From assembly GCF_028641065.1 (NCBI RefSeq), contig NC_073383.1, positions 45,136,001 through 45,200,000 of the forward strand: a stretch of 64,000 nt of DNA, given 5' to 3'. A model generated the notes under the pieces. It ran no database searches and was not told where the DNA came from. It saw only the letters and a list, made by a program, of their open reading frames with translations. The DNA is from Leucoraja erinacea. Its lineage: Eukaryota. Position 1 is the first letter of the stretch. Each line of letters opens with the position of its first letter. This document shows positions 35,621 to 47,189 of the stretch, in pieces. The translations under genes were made by a program, and so were the position numbers.

Positions 35621-37251
35621 TGGCCCTGGTCTGCCTCATGTTCAAAGGTATTGCCACTACCACAATTTGACGGGTTGGATCAACCCATAAATAATGTGCA
35701 CCCCACCACCCTGGCTGCAACATGTGCCTCCCCTCTGGATCGAGGTTGACTTGCTTGCAAAAGGACACAAAGTAGCTCAGCGGGTCAGGCAGCATTTCTG
35801 GAGAACGTGGGCCATGAGTTATTCCAACCCTTCAAGATTTGCCTCCACTTCAATACTGAAGATGTGAGATCTAGTCTAAGGAAAGAGGAGGAGTGAAATG
35901 TAATAATGGAGGGAGGTATATCAGTGGAAAGAGATGGGGTGGTGGAAGAGGAAGGATTAAAGGGAGATGGGAGACAAGTTTATGATGTAGGTTTCTCTTC
36001 CCTCCTCCCCAACTCCTATTAGTTTGAAGAAGGATCCCAACCAAAACTGTCCATTCCCTCCACAGATGCTGCCTGACCCGCTGAGTTCCTCCAGCATTAT
36101 GTTTTGCTCAAGGTTTCAGCATCCACAGCTTATTGTACCTCCATAATTGTGGGGATGTTGGTAATATGAAATGCCTGCCCGATCACACCAATGTAGTATG
36201 ACCAGATGTTGGGATTTTTTAAATGTTGATTGATGTGAGCATCTTACTAAAAGCAGTGCCCATTGAGGTAAAGCTGACATGCTATACAGTAGCTGTTGTC
36301 AGGATGTTGGCATGTGTCTGGCATTGACAGCATGTAATCACCATTCCTGATTACTCTGCAATTCTGCCTTCTTGAGCCACTCATAACAGGAAGTTGCTGT
36401 TCGCAAGAATGATTTCGAACAGGAATCCCATGGGCATTTGAGGGAAGTGAACGTAGGGCAGAAGTGATAGAGCAGGGGAATAGGACAAACTCTCAACAGT
36501 TAGTACTTCAAGAGTGGCTTTCTGGACCACCTCCATGTTGGGGAATGGGAGTAAGGAGAAGGCATCATCAGGCAAAGAATTGATCATCCCCTCTCGCTCA
36601 TCCAAGCTCACTTCCCTCCTGGAGTGTTTTTTCTGTCCAGTATATTTTGCAGTGCCAGGCCTGTCATTTGAAAAGAGCAGGCAATACAGTTCTCACTGTA
36701 TATCCTATGGGGGCTCGCATTGAATAAGGCAATATGCCTAATCTAATCCCAGTGCACCAGCTTCAGACATTGTCCACAGAGACCAAATTGCTATTTACAT
36801 AAACGTGATGAGCATGTACCAGAATGTATTATCTTGAGCTGCCTTGGCTACTCCCAGTGCGACGGCATATTAGCAAGGCCTCCATACCATTAAATCATCA
36901 TGGGGGCAACTACAAAATAACCCCACTTGTAATGTTAGTTAGTCTATAGCCTTCTTGTTTTGAATGTGAAGTGATCCACTTCAACATTTATCAAGGTAGC
37001 CCCACTATCTACAACATATGTTGCAACAACTCACAAAGCTCTTCGGACAACACATTTCAAATATCTTAACTCTGGAAGGACAAAGACAGCAAACCGATCA
37101 ATGTTAAGAGTAGAGAAATTGCGAGGTTGTCACTTTTATAACTACTGCAGCATTAACCTTTTTTTTTTCTTTCTCTTACAACAGTTGAAAAAAAATCAGT
37201 TGCCTTGTGTGAATTAATGCGTTGGTTTCGGGCTAGTTTGAGGGCCTCGTC

Positions 37252-37962
37252 ATGAATATCCATCAATCTGGAAGTCGGCTTGTTAGGATTTTGAGACTGT
37301 GCACCCGAGGATCCACTGCAACTGGTTACAGAAATTGCAGAACTTTGATCCAAAAACATGGATTTGAGACATTAAGGAAACAAAATGGCTTGTCTTGCCA
37401 TCTGAGAAATTGTATGGGCTTAACTTTAATCCGCTTCCAGTATTCTGAAAGGATACATCAAATTCCCAGTGAAGCAGAAGATGTAAATAACTGTGACAGA
37501 GACACCAAAGATTCTAGTGTTTTATCTGATCCTTCCATTGGCAGTTCAGCAAAAGGAACATCATCTCAATACAGTGGACCAACCTCTGAGGGTTCTTCCA
37601 CAGAGTTGGAAAGACCAACTGAGATGAGGACATCTTGGGAACAATTCTGTAATGAGCTTCGACAATGCACCTCTCCCAGTGATGTGTTAGACTTGTATGA
37701 ACACTCCAAAATGGCGTGGAAATATACCAGCAATGCCCTGACAACCATGTGGGAAACGATAAAGAGAATGTCAGATGATCAGAGACGTTACGAACAGAAG
37801 TTGATGTTCGAGCATCCACTCTTTGAGAAGATATGCCAGAAGGCCTTGAAGGAAGCTCAGCTAATGAGCTGTAATGACTTGGTGTATAGCCTCTTCGCTT
37901 TGGTAAAAATGGGGGTGAGCCAGCAGAGTCGTCTGATCCAGACACTGCTCAGAGTCTCCCAG
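37252..37962 (+). CDS. FASTKD2: FASTKD2 first coding exon (exon begins 37185)
   Basis: Arg-rich, presequence-like N-terminus, then ELRQCTSPSDVLDL...MWETIKRMSDDQRRYEQKLMFEHPLF...LVKMGVSQQSRLIQTLLRVSQ, matching FASTKD2; donor gtaaat at 37963. Confidence 0.93.
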
Positions 37963-38850
37963 GTAAATACAACCAGGGCCTTGCTGTTGACAGAACTGGA
38001 CAGAACTGTAGGCTGACTAGTTACAATTTACCTCTGTGACATGATATCATTTTATGGAAAAATAAACCTGTTTTGTAACAGAGATTCAAATAGTCAGTTT
38101 GAAAGAAGAGCAGCAAATATTAAATTGTGTGTAAAGGTGGATATTGATTGACATTCCTAAATGTTTAGAACTTTTTACCCACTTGCCATGCAATAGGAAT
38201 ATTCCAAAAATTATAAATGCGGAGAACTTTTAATTAATTAAAATAACCTGACCAAGTTGCCGTACTAAACAGGGGTGTGCTTATGGAAGAAGACACAGTG
38301 CTCAGTAGCTCAGCAGGTCAGGAAGCATCTCAGGACAACATGGATTCCCTTCTCCTATGTCCAACTAGTCACGTCCCCTTCTCTCGTCTCCCACCAGCGG
38401 TGACCCTTTCTCCCATATCCCAACAGAATCTGAAGAAGGGCCCTGATCCGAAACATCGCCTATCCATGTTCTCTTGAGGTGCTGCTTGTCCCGCTGAGCT
38501 ACTACAGCACTTTGTTTCTTTTTTTGTAGACCAGTATCTGCAGTTCCTTGCTTCTAGGGGTTAACTGGCACCTTTGCTCTTGTTTTGGTATTTTTATACG
38601 ATTACTCCATGATTACATCTTGGAATTGGCTGTGGATCAGTTGAATCTTTTTCAGATTGTGATCAATAAATTTTTGAAGAGATGTATTAAGGGAAATAGA
38701 ATAAAGGAGATAGTGAGAATTGATTAGTCATGATTCAGTTGAATGGCAGAATGGGTTGTATGCTCTCTTCCTAATGTTTTTACCTCAGTGGGGAAACGGT
38801 CACATTCTTGGGGGGAAATTTAACAGAATCAGAAGTGACTTATTAACTCA

Positions 38851-39117
38851 TAGTTTAGTCTAGAGATACAGTGCAGAAGCATGCAGCGTTTGTGCCGACC
38901 AGCGATCCCCACACACTAACACTATCCTGCACACACTAGGGACAATTTATAATTTTACCAAGCCAATTGGCCTACAAACCTGTACATCTTTGAAATGTGG
39001 GAGGAAACAGGATATCCCGGAGAAACCCTACGCAGGTCCTGGGGGAACGTACAAATGCCTTGGTCAGGATCGAATCCGCTGTAAGGCAGCAACTCTACCA
39101 TTGTGCCACCGTGCCAC
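38851..39117 (-). mobile_element. V-SINE (HE1-like)
   Basis: Same head and V-domain as 31157-31481. Confidence 0.75.
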
Positions 39118-39459
39118 ACCAAACTGTAGAGCTTTGACCTGATGCTTGATTTGTCGGATCGCTGAGCTCTCTTGCTTACTGTGCTGTAGCTTCACCAGGC
39201 CGCTGTCCCGTTTTTAGATGTCTCTCTGCAGTCTTCAGTGAACTAGGAACATCCCAGAAAGGAAATTGGAGTGTATGATTAAAATATATTTTATTTACCC
39301 TCGTGGGGTGTGTATAATAGTTTAATAAAACCCAGTTTTCTAAAACATAGTTTATTTATCTACTATCATTCGTATTTTTGCTAGACTGACAGATTAATTT
39401 TAGATGTGTGTGACTGCAAGTAGCATACTGTGTGTTCAATGTGTCTGTCCTGCTTGTAG

Positions 39460-39563
39460 GAGCGCTTGAACGACTTTGACGAGAGGGCTCTCTCGGTACT
39501 GTCCAGCTGCTTGAGGAACATGGAAGAGAGCAAGAACGTCATTTCACTGCGGGCAGGCTTGAG
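39460..39563 (+). CDS. FASTKD2: FASTKD2 coding exon
   Basis: ERLNDFDERALSVLSSCLRNMEESKNVISLRAGL(R); acceptor ttgtag, donor gtaagc. Confidence 0.93.
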
Positions 39564-41465
39564 GTAAGCTGATGGACAAAGCAGAATCGCAGCTCTTCCT
39601 GATGTGCTTTACAACTCGCTGTAAATACTGGAACCCATTGCTGCTATCCTGATCTTCCTATTATTCCTTCAGGCTTTGTAGCAAAGCTGTGAGTTACTGC
39701 ACCAGACCAAACTCTGTTTGTGTTCAGTGTTAGGCCTCTCTCTCCGCATCTACATATACTTTACCTGCCTGTGGTACTTTTACCAAATTTCCTGAGAAGG
39801 CACCTTTGCTGTTTCCCAGCTGCAGTGTTTGGTAGTCAGATTCCTGCTCTCACCACTCTCTACGTAAAGAAATGTTTCCAAATTTCCAGATTGGATTTAG
39901 CAAGTTAGTTGTATGTATGAACCCCCACCCCCAGCCCACTGAATCTATGCCGATAATCAACAACTAATCCTATCCTAAATCTGGATCTCATTTTGACTAC
40001 ATGTTCCCATAAATTTTTCCCAGATTCGACTGCTACTCGGGTACACACTTGGGGCAATTTGTAGAGGCCAATCAACCCAATGACCACCATGTTTATGGGA
40101 TTATCGGAGGAAACCTGAGAACCCAGACAAAACACACATTATCATAGATGGAATGTGCAAACTACTTAGACAACCAGGGCTCGAAATTAACGGTTGCCCT
40201 GGTGCCACTGACCACTCAAAGCGCTGCCAGGCAACCTAAACACCGAGTCATTTTGCCCGGCTAGGCAACCAGATACTGGTTTGTACCGAAGATAGACACA
40301 AAAAACTGGAGTAACTCCGTGGGTCAGGCAGCATCTCTGGAGAAAAGGAAAGCGATGTTTTGTGTCGGCGGTGACGGCTGTATTGCGTGGGATAGATTCT
40401 AGGTGCGGGGTGAGGAATGGTTGGAGCGAATGACGGGCCCCGCACAGTGGCTCCATCTGCTCCTCCCGCCCGCTCTGATAGCGGCCGCTGCTTGCAAACC
40501 CGCTAACAGCGCACTTTCAAAACAAACCCTCCCGCACACCGAGGCCGGTAGGAGGTTGGGAGGGGGAGGCCTCGGCGTGCGGGAGGGTTTGTTTTGAAAG
40601 TGCGCCGTTAGCGAGTTTGCAAGCAGAGGCCCTTATCAGGGCGGACGGGGTGGGGGCGGTGGAGCCACTGTCGCGGCTGCTGCTGCCGCTGTTCAGGACC
40701 CGTCATTTGCTCTGACCCTTCTGAAGCAGCTGCACCAAAGATACTATAGCTATGGGATCTTTGAGCTGCACCGCTCGGCCCCGCACCTTGCTGTTGGCTG
40801 GCGGAGGAGGGAGGCGGTGGCGAGGAGTTCCCAATGGCCAAGGCAGTGGGGCGATGTTGTCCGAGGCGCTGACTCTCCTTCCTCCATACCTCGCCCCCCT
40901 TTCTCTCTCTCTTGTACGCCCCCTCCACCCCTTCCCACCCCCCCCCCCCTTATCCTGGGACCCCTCCTCTCCCTCCCGCACTGATCCCCATTCCCGCCTC
41001 GATTCAGTCCTCACTGACATCCCATGTGCTCCCCTCCCCATCTCCCCTCCCCAATCTATTCATCCTGCGCTGATCACCCTATCCACCTCGCATTGATTCT
41101 CTTGCCACCCACCCACCCACCCCCCCCCCCCCCCCTCCATCCTACACTGGTTCCCCAATTCACCCTGTGCTTACCCCTTTCCCATCCATCCTGCACTTCT
41201 CCTCCATCCATCCTGTACTGATCCCCCATCCATCCTGTACTAATCCACGCATTCATCCCGTACTGACCCACCCTCCATTTACCCTGCACCTTCCCCTCAT
41301 TCATCCTGTAGTGATCCCCCATTCATCCTGCACAGACCCTCCGATCCACACTGTATTGACCCACACCCCATTCATCCTGAACCTCCCATAGATCCTGCGC
41401 TGATACCCCTGCCCCATTCAAGAAGAATGGGGGGAACAGTCTGAAGAAGGGTCTCGACCCGAAGC

Positions 41466-43740
41466 ATAGAAACATAGAAACATAGAAATTAGGTGCAGGA
41501 GTAGGCCATTCGGCCCTTCGAGCCTGCACCGCCATTCAATATGATCATGGCTGATCATCCAACTCAGTATCCCGTACCTGCCTTCTCTCCATACCCCCTG
41601 ATCCCCTTAGCCACAAGGGCCACATCTAACTCCCTCTTAAATATAGCCAATGAACTGGCCTCAACTACCCTCTGTGGCAGAGAGTTCCAGAGATTCACCA
41701 CTCTCTGCGTGAAAAAAGTTCTTCTCATCTCGGTTTTAAAGGATTTCCCCTTTATCCTTAAGCTGTGACCCCTTGTCCTGGACTTCCCTAACATCGGGAA
41801 CAATCTTCCTGCATCTAGCCTGTCCAACCCCTTAAGAATTTTGTAAGTTTCTATAAGATCCCCTCTCAATCTTCTAAATTCTAGAGAGTATAAACCAAGT
41901 CTATCCAGTCTTTCCTCATAAGACAGTCCTGACATCCCAGGAATCAGTCTGGTGAACCGTCTCTGCACTCCCTCTATGGCAATAATGTCCTTCCTCAGAT
42001 TTGGAGACCAAAACTGTACGCAATACTCCAGGTGTGGTCTCACCAAGACCCTGTACAACTGCAGTAGAACCTCTCTGCTCCTATACTCAAATCCTTTTGC
42101 AATGAAAGCTAACATACCATTCGCTTTCTTTACTGCCTGCTGCACCTGCATGCCTACCTTCAATGACTGGTGTACCATGACACCCAGGTCTCGCCGCATC
42201 TCCCCCTTTCCCAATCGGCCACCATTTAGATAATAGTCTGCTTTCCTGTTTTTGCCACCAAAATGGATAACCTCACATTTATCCACATTATACTGCATCT
42301 GCCAAACATTTGCCCACTCACCCAGCCTATCCAAGTCACCCTGCAGTCTCCTAGCATCCTCCTCACAGCTAACACTGCCCCCCAGCTTAGTGTCATCCGC
42401 AAACTTGGAGATATTGCCTTCAATTCCCTCATCCAGATCATTAATATATATTGTAAATAGCTGGGGTCCCCGTACTGAGCCTTGGGGTACCCCACTAGTC
42501 ACTGCCTGCCATTGTGAAAAGGACCCGTTTACTCCTACTCTTTGCTTCCTGTTTGCCAGCCAGTTCTCTATCCACATCAATACTGAACCCCCAATGCCTT
42601 GTGCTTTAAGTTTGTATACTAATTTCTTATGTGGGACCTTGTCGAAAGCCTTCTGGAAGTCCAGATACACCACATCCACTGGTTCTCCCCTATCCACGCT
42701 ACTAGTTACATCCTCGAAAAATTCTATAAGATTCGTCAGACATGATTTACCTTTCGTAAATCCATGCTGACTTTGTCCAATGATTTCACCACTTTCCAAA
42801 TGTGCTGCTATCCCATCTTTAATAACTGACTCTAGCAGTTTCCCCACTACTGATGTTAGACTAACTGGTCTGTAATTCCCCATTTTCTCTCTCCCTCCCT
42901 TCTTAAAAAGTGGGGTTACGTTTGCTACCCGCCAATCTTCAGGAACTACTCCAGAATCTAAAGAGTTTTGAAAGATTATTACTAATGCATCCACTATTTC
43001 TGGAGCTACTTCCTTAAGTACTCTGGGATGCAGCCTATCTGGCCCTGGGGATTTATCGGCCTTTAATCCATTCAATTTACCCAACACCACTTCCCGGCTA
43101 ACCTGGATTTCACTCAATTCCTCCAACTCCTTTGACCCCGCGGTCCCCTGTTATTTCTGGCAAATTATTTATGTCTTCCTTAGTGAAGACGGAACCAAAG
43201 TAGTTATTCAATTGGTCCGCCATATCCTTGTTCCCCATGATCAACTCCCCTGTTTCTGACTGCAAGGGACCTACATTTGTTTTAACTAATCTCTTTCTTT
43301 TCACATATCTATAAAAACTTTTGCAGTCAGTTTTTGTGTTCCCTGCCAGTTTTCTTTCATAATCTATTTTCCCTTTCCTAATTAAGCCCTTTGTCCTCCT
43401 CTGCTGGTCTTTGAATTTCTCCCAGTCCTCCGGTATGCTGCTTTTTCTGGCTAATTTGTACGCATCATCCTTCGCTTTGATACTATCCCTGATTTCCCTT
43501 GTTATCCATGGATGTACTACCTTCCCTGATTTATTCTTTTGCCAAACTGGGATGAACAATTTTTGTAGTTCATCCATGCAGTCTTTAAATGTCTTCCATT
43601 GCATATCCACCGTCAACCCTTTTAGAATTAATTGCCAGTCAATCTTGGCCAATTCACGTCTCATACCCTCAAAGTTACCTTTCTTTAAGTTCAGAACCAT
43701 TGTTTCTGAATTAACAATGTCACTCTCCATCCTAATGAAG
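41466..43740 (-). mobile_element. Young 5'-truncated CR1 LINE; 520-aa open RT/C-terminal ORF
   Basis: ORF 41564-43126 has all RT motifs (YLDFQKAFDKVPH, GVPQGSV, KFADDTKLGG); one frameshift near 43130; 3' tail (TTTCTATG)n; splits a Penelope-like repeat, GAAGC on both sides. Confidence 0.96.
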
Positions 43741-43977
43741 CGTTGCCCATTTCCTTCTCTCCATAGATGCCGCCTCACCCGCTGAGTTTCTCCAGCACTG
43801 TTGTCTACCCGCATCCATCCCGTATTGAACCCCCCCCCCCCCCATTCAACACCACTGACATCCCCCACGCTCTCCCCTCACAATTTTACCTACTCCAACC
43901 AACACGTACTAATTCACCTGCCTCAATCCATCCATTCTGCACCGACTGCCTTCTAAACCCTCCCCCCCCCCCCCCCC

Positions 43978-44113
43978 NNNNNNNNNNNNNNNNNNNNNNN
44001 NNNNNNNNNNNNNNNNNNNNNNNNNNNNNNNNNNNNNNNNNNNNNNNNNNNNNNNNNNNNNNNNNNNNNNNNNNNNNNNNNNNNNNNNNNNNNNNNNNNN
44101 NNNNNNNNNNNNN
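43978..44113. other. Assembly gap (N run)
   Basis: Run of N. Confidence 1.
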
Positions 44114-45004
44114 NGAGAATGTCTTCAGAGCGAACTTTGACTATGTTTGATAATGGAATGCAATCAAATGTGTTTTAATTCCCAGTGTTATTATTTGTTT
44201 TCATCCATAAAGATGGATTAATTAAATTGTGAACACGTGGAACATTAAAACCGCAGTGTTCGATTGTCACTGCTGCCGTTGACACGTTATTACAGAATTC
44301 ATTTTAACGCAAAACAATGCTCTTAATATGGAGTATCAGTACTGTAGTTATTTAATGAGCAACATTCCCAACTATACATACGCATTTATGTGACCATGGT
44401 CCAGGATTTATTGACACGGGTTGATCATACGCTGAATAATCCAACCACATTTTTGTTTGGAAGTGGAAAGAACTAATAGAAATTGCATTCATTGCAATGT
44501 GTAAAAAGAGTTGAGATACTGTCTTATAATTTTGCTGCATGTCATTGTGGGATATATCATGTCTTGATTGGTGAATATGTTTAGTTTGTGACTTTATTTG
44601 AAATAATATGTGAATGCTTCATTGACTGGTAAACTACGCACTTCGTCCGAGCACATTATCGCACGCGTCATGCAAGCCATCTTAAATGACCACCTAAATT
44701 GTCATTTTGCAACCTAAAAAGCTGCCAAGGTTGCCCGGCTGGCAACAGTGAAAAAAAGTTAAGCGAGAGCCCTGACAACACCTAAACTCAGGATTGAACT
44801 GGGGTCTCGTGCTATGAGGCAGAGGCACTCCTACCTGCACCATTCTGCTGACTTAGAATAGACTTTTGTATGCTTGCTTGTTAGTCATTTCAATGTTAAA
44901 AGTCCATTACCACATCACCCTGTAGTCTTTTTCTTTAAGACCTTAGAGCCCCAGGATGTTCATTTTTTTTGCACTAATAGTAACAGCAACTTGGTTCTAG
45001 TGTC

Positions 45005-45767
45005 CAGGTGTACCGGCTCTTGGGCAGGGCCGGTACACCTGGCGTCAAGACCAGGTTCTTAAACCCATTGAGGAAGCCATCAGCATGGGAATCAGCAGCT
45101 GCAGACGAGCGCGCCCCACCACCCAGATAATCACCTTCGTGAAGGCCGGAGTGCAGCTGCCAAGAAACACAGCAGCCAGGAATCCGTCAGGAATCTTGAT
45201 GACAGCGCAGGATTGGCAGCTTTCCGTAGACCAGGTAAAACAGCTGAAGTTCCCACAGCACATTGCCACGACCACCCTGAGGCCAGATATCCTCCTGGTC
45301 TCAGAGGCGACCAAAAACATTGTCTTGTTGGAACTGACAGTGCTGTGGGAGGACCGTCTAGAGGAGGCCCACGAGAGGAAGATGGCCAAGTATGAAGAAC
45401 TGGTCATAGACTGCCGTAAGCAGGGCTGGAAGGCAAGGTGTATGCCCATCGAGGTTGGCTGCAGAGGTTTTGCAGAGCAATCGCTCTACAAAGCCTTGAG
45501 TGCACTGGGCATCAATGGAGTAGCAAGGAGAAGGGCCATCAAGAACACCACAGAGGCAGCGGAGAAGGCCTCGAGATGGCTCTGGATCAGGAGAGGAGGT
45601 CCATGGGGAGGAGCGAATGCCACCTGAACACAAGTCGTGGTCTGATCAACCACGGCTGGGTCGCCTGGGTGAGGGTGTCTGATGTTGAAAGACCCGAAAC
45701 ACCCAATGACCCCAGGCAACATCACTGATGATGTGTTCAGGAGCATCTATAGATGTATTTGTATCAA
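45005..45767 (+). mobile_element. Hero/R2-group non-LTR retrotransposon 3' end with restriction-like endonuclease
   Basis: GRYTWR, LRPDILL..LLELTV.WE..KMAKY..PIEVGCRG, AEKASRWLW motifs; 23-bp TSD AACAGCAACTTGGTTCTAGTGTC at 44982-45004 and 45768-45790. Confidence 0.9.
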
Positions 45768-46476
45768 AACAGCAACTTGGTTCTAGTGTCATCTTTATAA
45801 ATCAGTAATGCCTCGTATCCAGAACATGTATTTTATGTATACAACCTTTATGCATAAAGCAGTGTAATAATCAAAGGCAATAACAAATTTAAGCATTACT
45901 GATTCTGGACAAAGGACGTGGTTTTCCTTGATGCCCCTAGATTAAGGATTCTACTCTTCCACTCCTGTTACACAGTGATATTGTGAAATTCCACATTTCC
46001 CACATTTGATTCTGCACCTTTCCCAAGGTAATGGATGGAAAATGATCAGAACTGATGTCCAGAACAACCTGGTATACTATATGTAATGTAAAAACTGAAA
46101 ATTCCAGAAACACTTAACAGGTCAGGCAGCATCTGTGGAGAGAGAAACAGAGTTAATGTTTTGGGTCCAATGAGGCTCTCAGACCCTAATCATAATCTTG
46201 TTTCTCTTTCCACAGATGCTACCTCACACTTTGAGTTTTTCCTGCATTATTTGTTTTTATTTCAATTTTGCAGTTTTTATTATGATTATCATAACCTTGT
46301 GTATCGGCCCAGCATGTGGCAAGCAAGTGGCTTGGTAGAATTTACATCCCATCCTTGACTTACTTAGCTTGTCCAGATAAGTATGCTTTCAAATGACTGG
46401 AACCAGTTTTCAAAATGTTAATCTTTCACACCTGGAGAAACAGAATTGGATACAATATTTGTTGTTCTTCTTGCAG

Positions 46477-46585
46477 ACTACTTGTAGAACTACGTATTTC
46501 ACAAATTAAGACGGTGGTGGCCCTGCAGACTATAATGAGATGTATTGGTAAAGAATCTTCAATGCCTCTAAAGAAGAAACTGGAG
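46477..46585 (+). CDS. FASTKD2: FASTKD2 coding exon
   Basis: (R)LLVELRISQIKTVVALQTIMRCIGKESSMPLKKKLE; acceptor ttgcag, donor gtaggg. Confidence 0.93.
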
Positions 46586-47189
46586 GTAGGGCGCTATTTA
46601 ATTCTCATAATGGAGGTGTTACCATTTAAGCCAAGCCGTGTTTAGGTTTATTACTGTTACACATACCACGATACAGTGAAAAGCTTTTGTTTGTGTGCTA
46701 TCCAATTAAACCTGTACAACATATAGAGTGAAGAGTCCATTCCTTCCATCTCGTTGAGAAAGTTGTGGTTGATTCAACCACCTCCATATGGAAAGTGGAT
46801 CGGGTAATAAAAAAGGCATATGACATACCGGCCTTCCATCAGTTGGGGTATCGAGTATTAAAGTTGGCAAATCATGTTGTAGCCATATAAAGCTAGGGTA
46901 AGACTTCATTTGGAGCATTATATGCAGTTCCAGGTCGTCACATTATGGAAAGGATATTCAGGCTTTTCAAAAGTTTCAGTTATCAGGAGAGGTTGAACAA
47001 ACTTGGATTTTTCTCATTGGAGCTTTGAAGGTTAAGTGGAGACTTGATAGAAGTGTAGACTTCTCATGCAATATAGTATGAGCAGGTTGACAGGGCAGGC
47101 AGTCAGTCTTTTTCCCAGGATGGAAATGTCATATAATCGCTTAAGATGAGCGGAGGAAAGTTTAAAGGAGATTTAAAAGATATATTTTT

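Larger units (their letters stand above)
40175..44774. mobile_element. Non-autonomous hAT-like DNA transposon with 5-bp TSD, inserted in a V-SINE
   Basis: Termini CAGGGCTC....TTAAC / GTTAA....GAGCCCTG, subterminal GGTTGCC/GGCAACC motifs, ACAAC duplicated at 40170-40174 and 44775-44779; SINE continues on both sides. Confidence 0.75.

Noticed and set aside
45655-45717. Hammerhead-like CTGATG...GAAAC in the Hero-like 3' UTR
   Set aside because: Core reads CUGAUGU, not CUGANGA, and the stems do not fit hammerhead topology; treated as an ordinary 3' UTR stem-loop.
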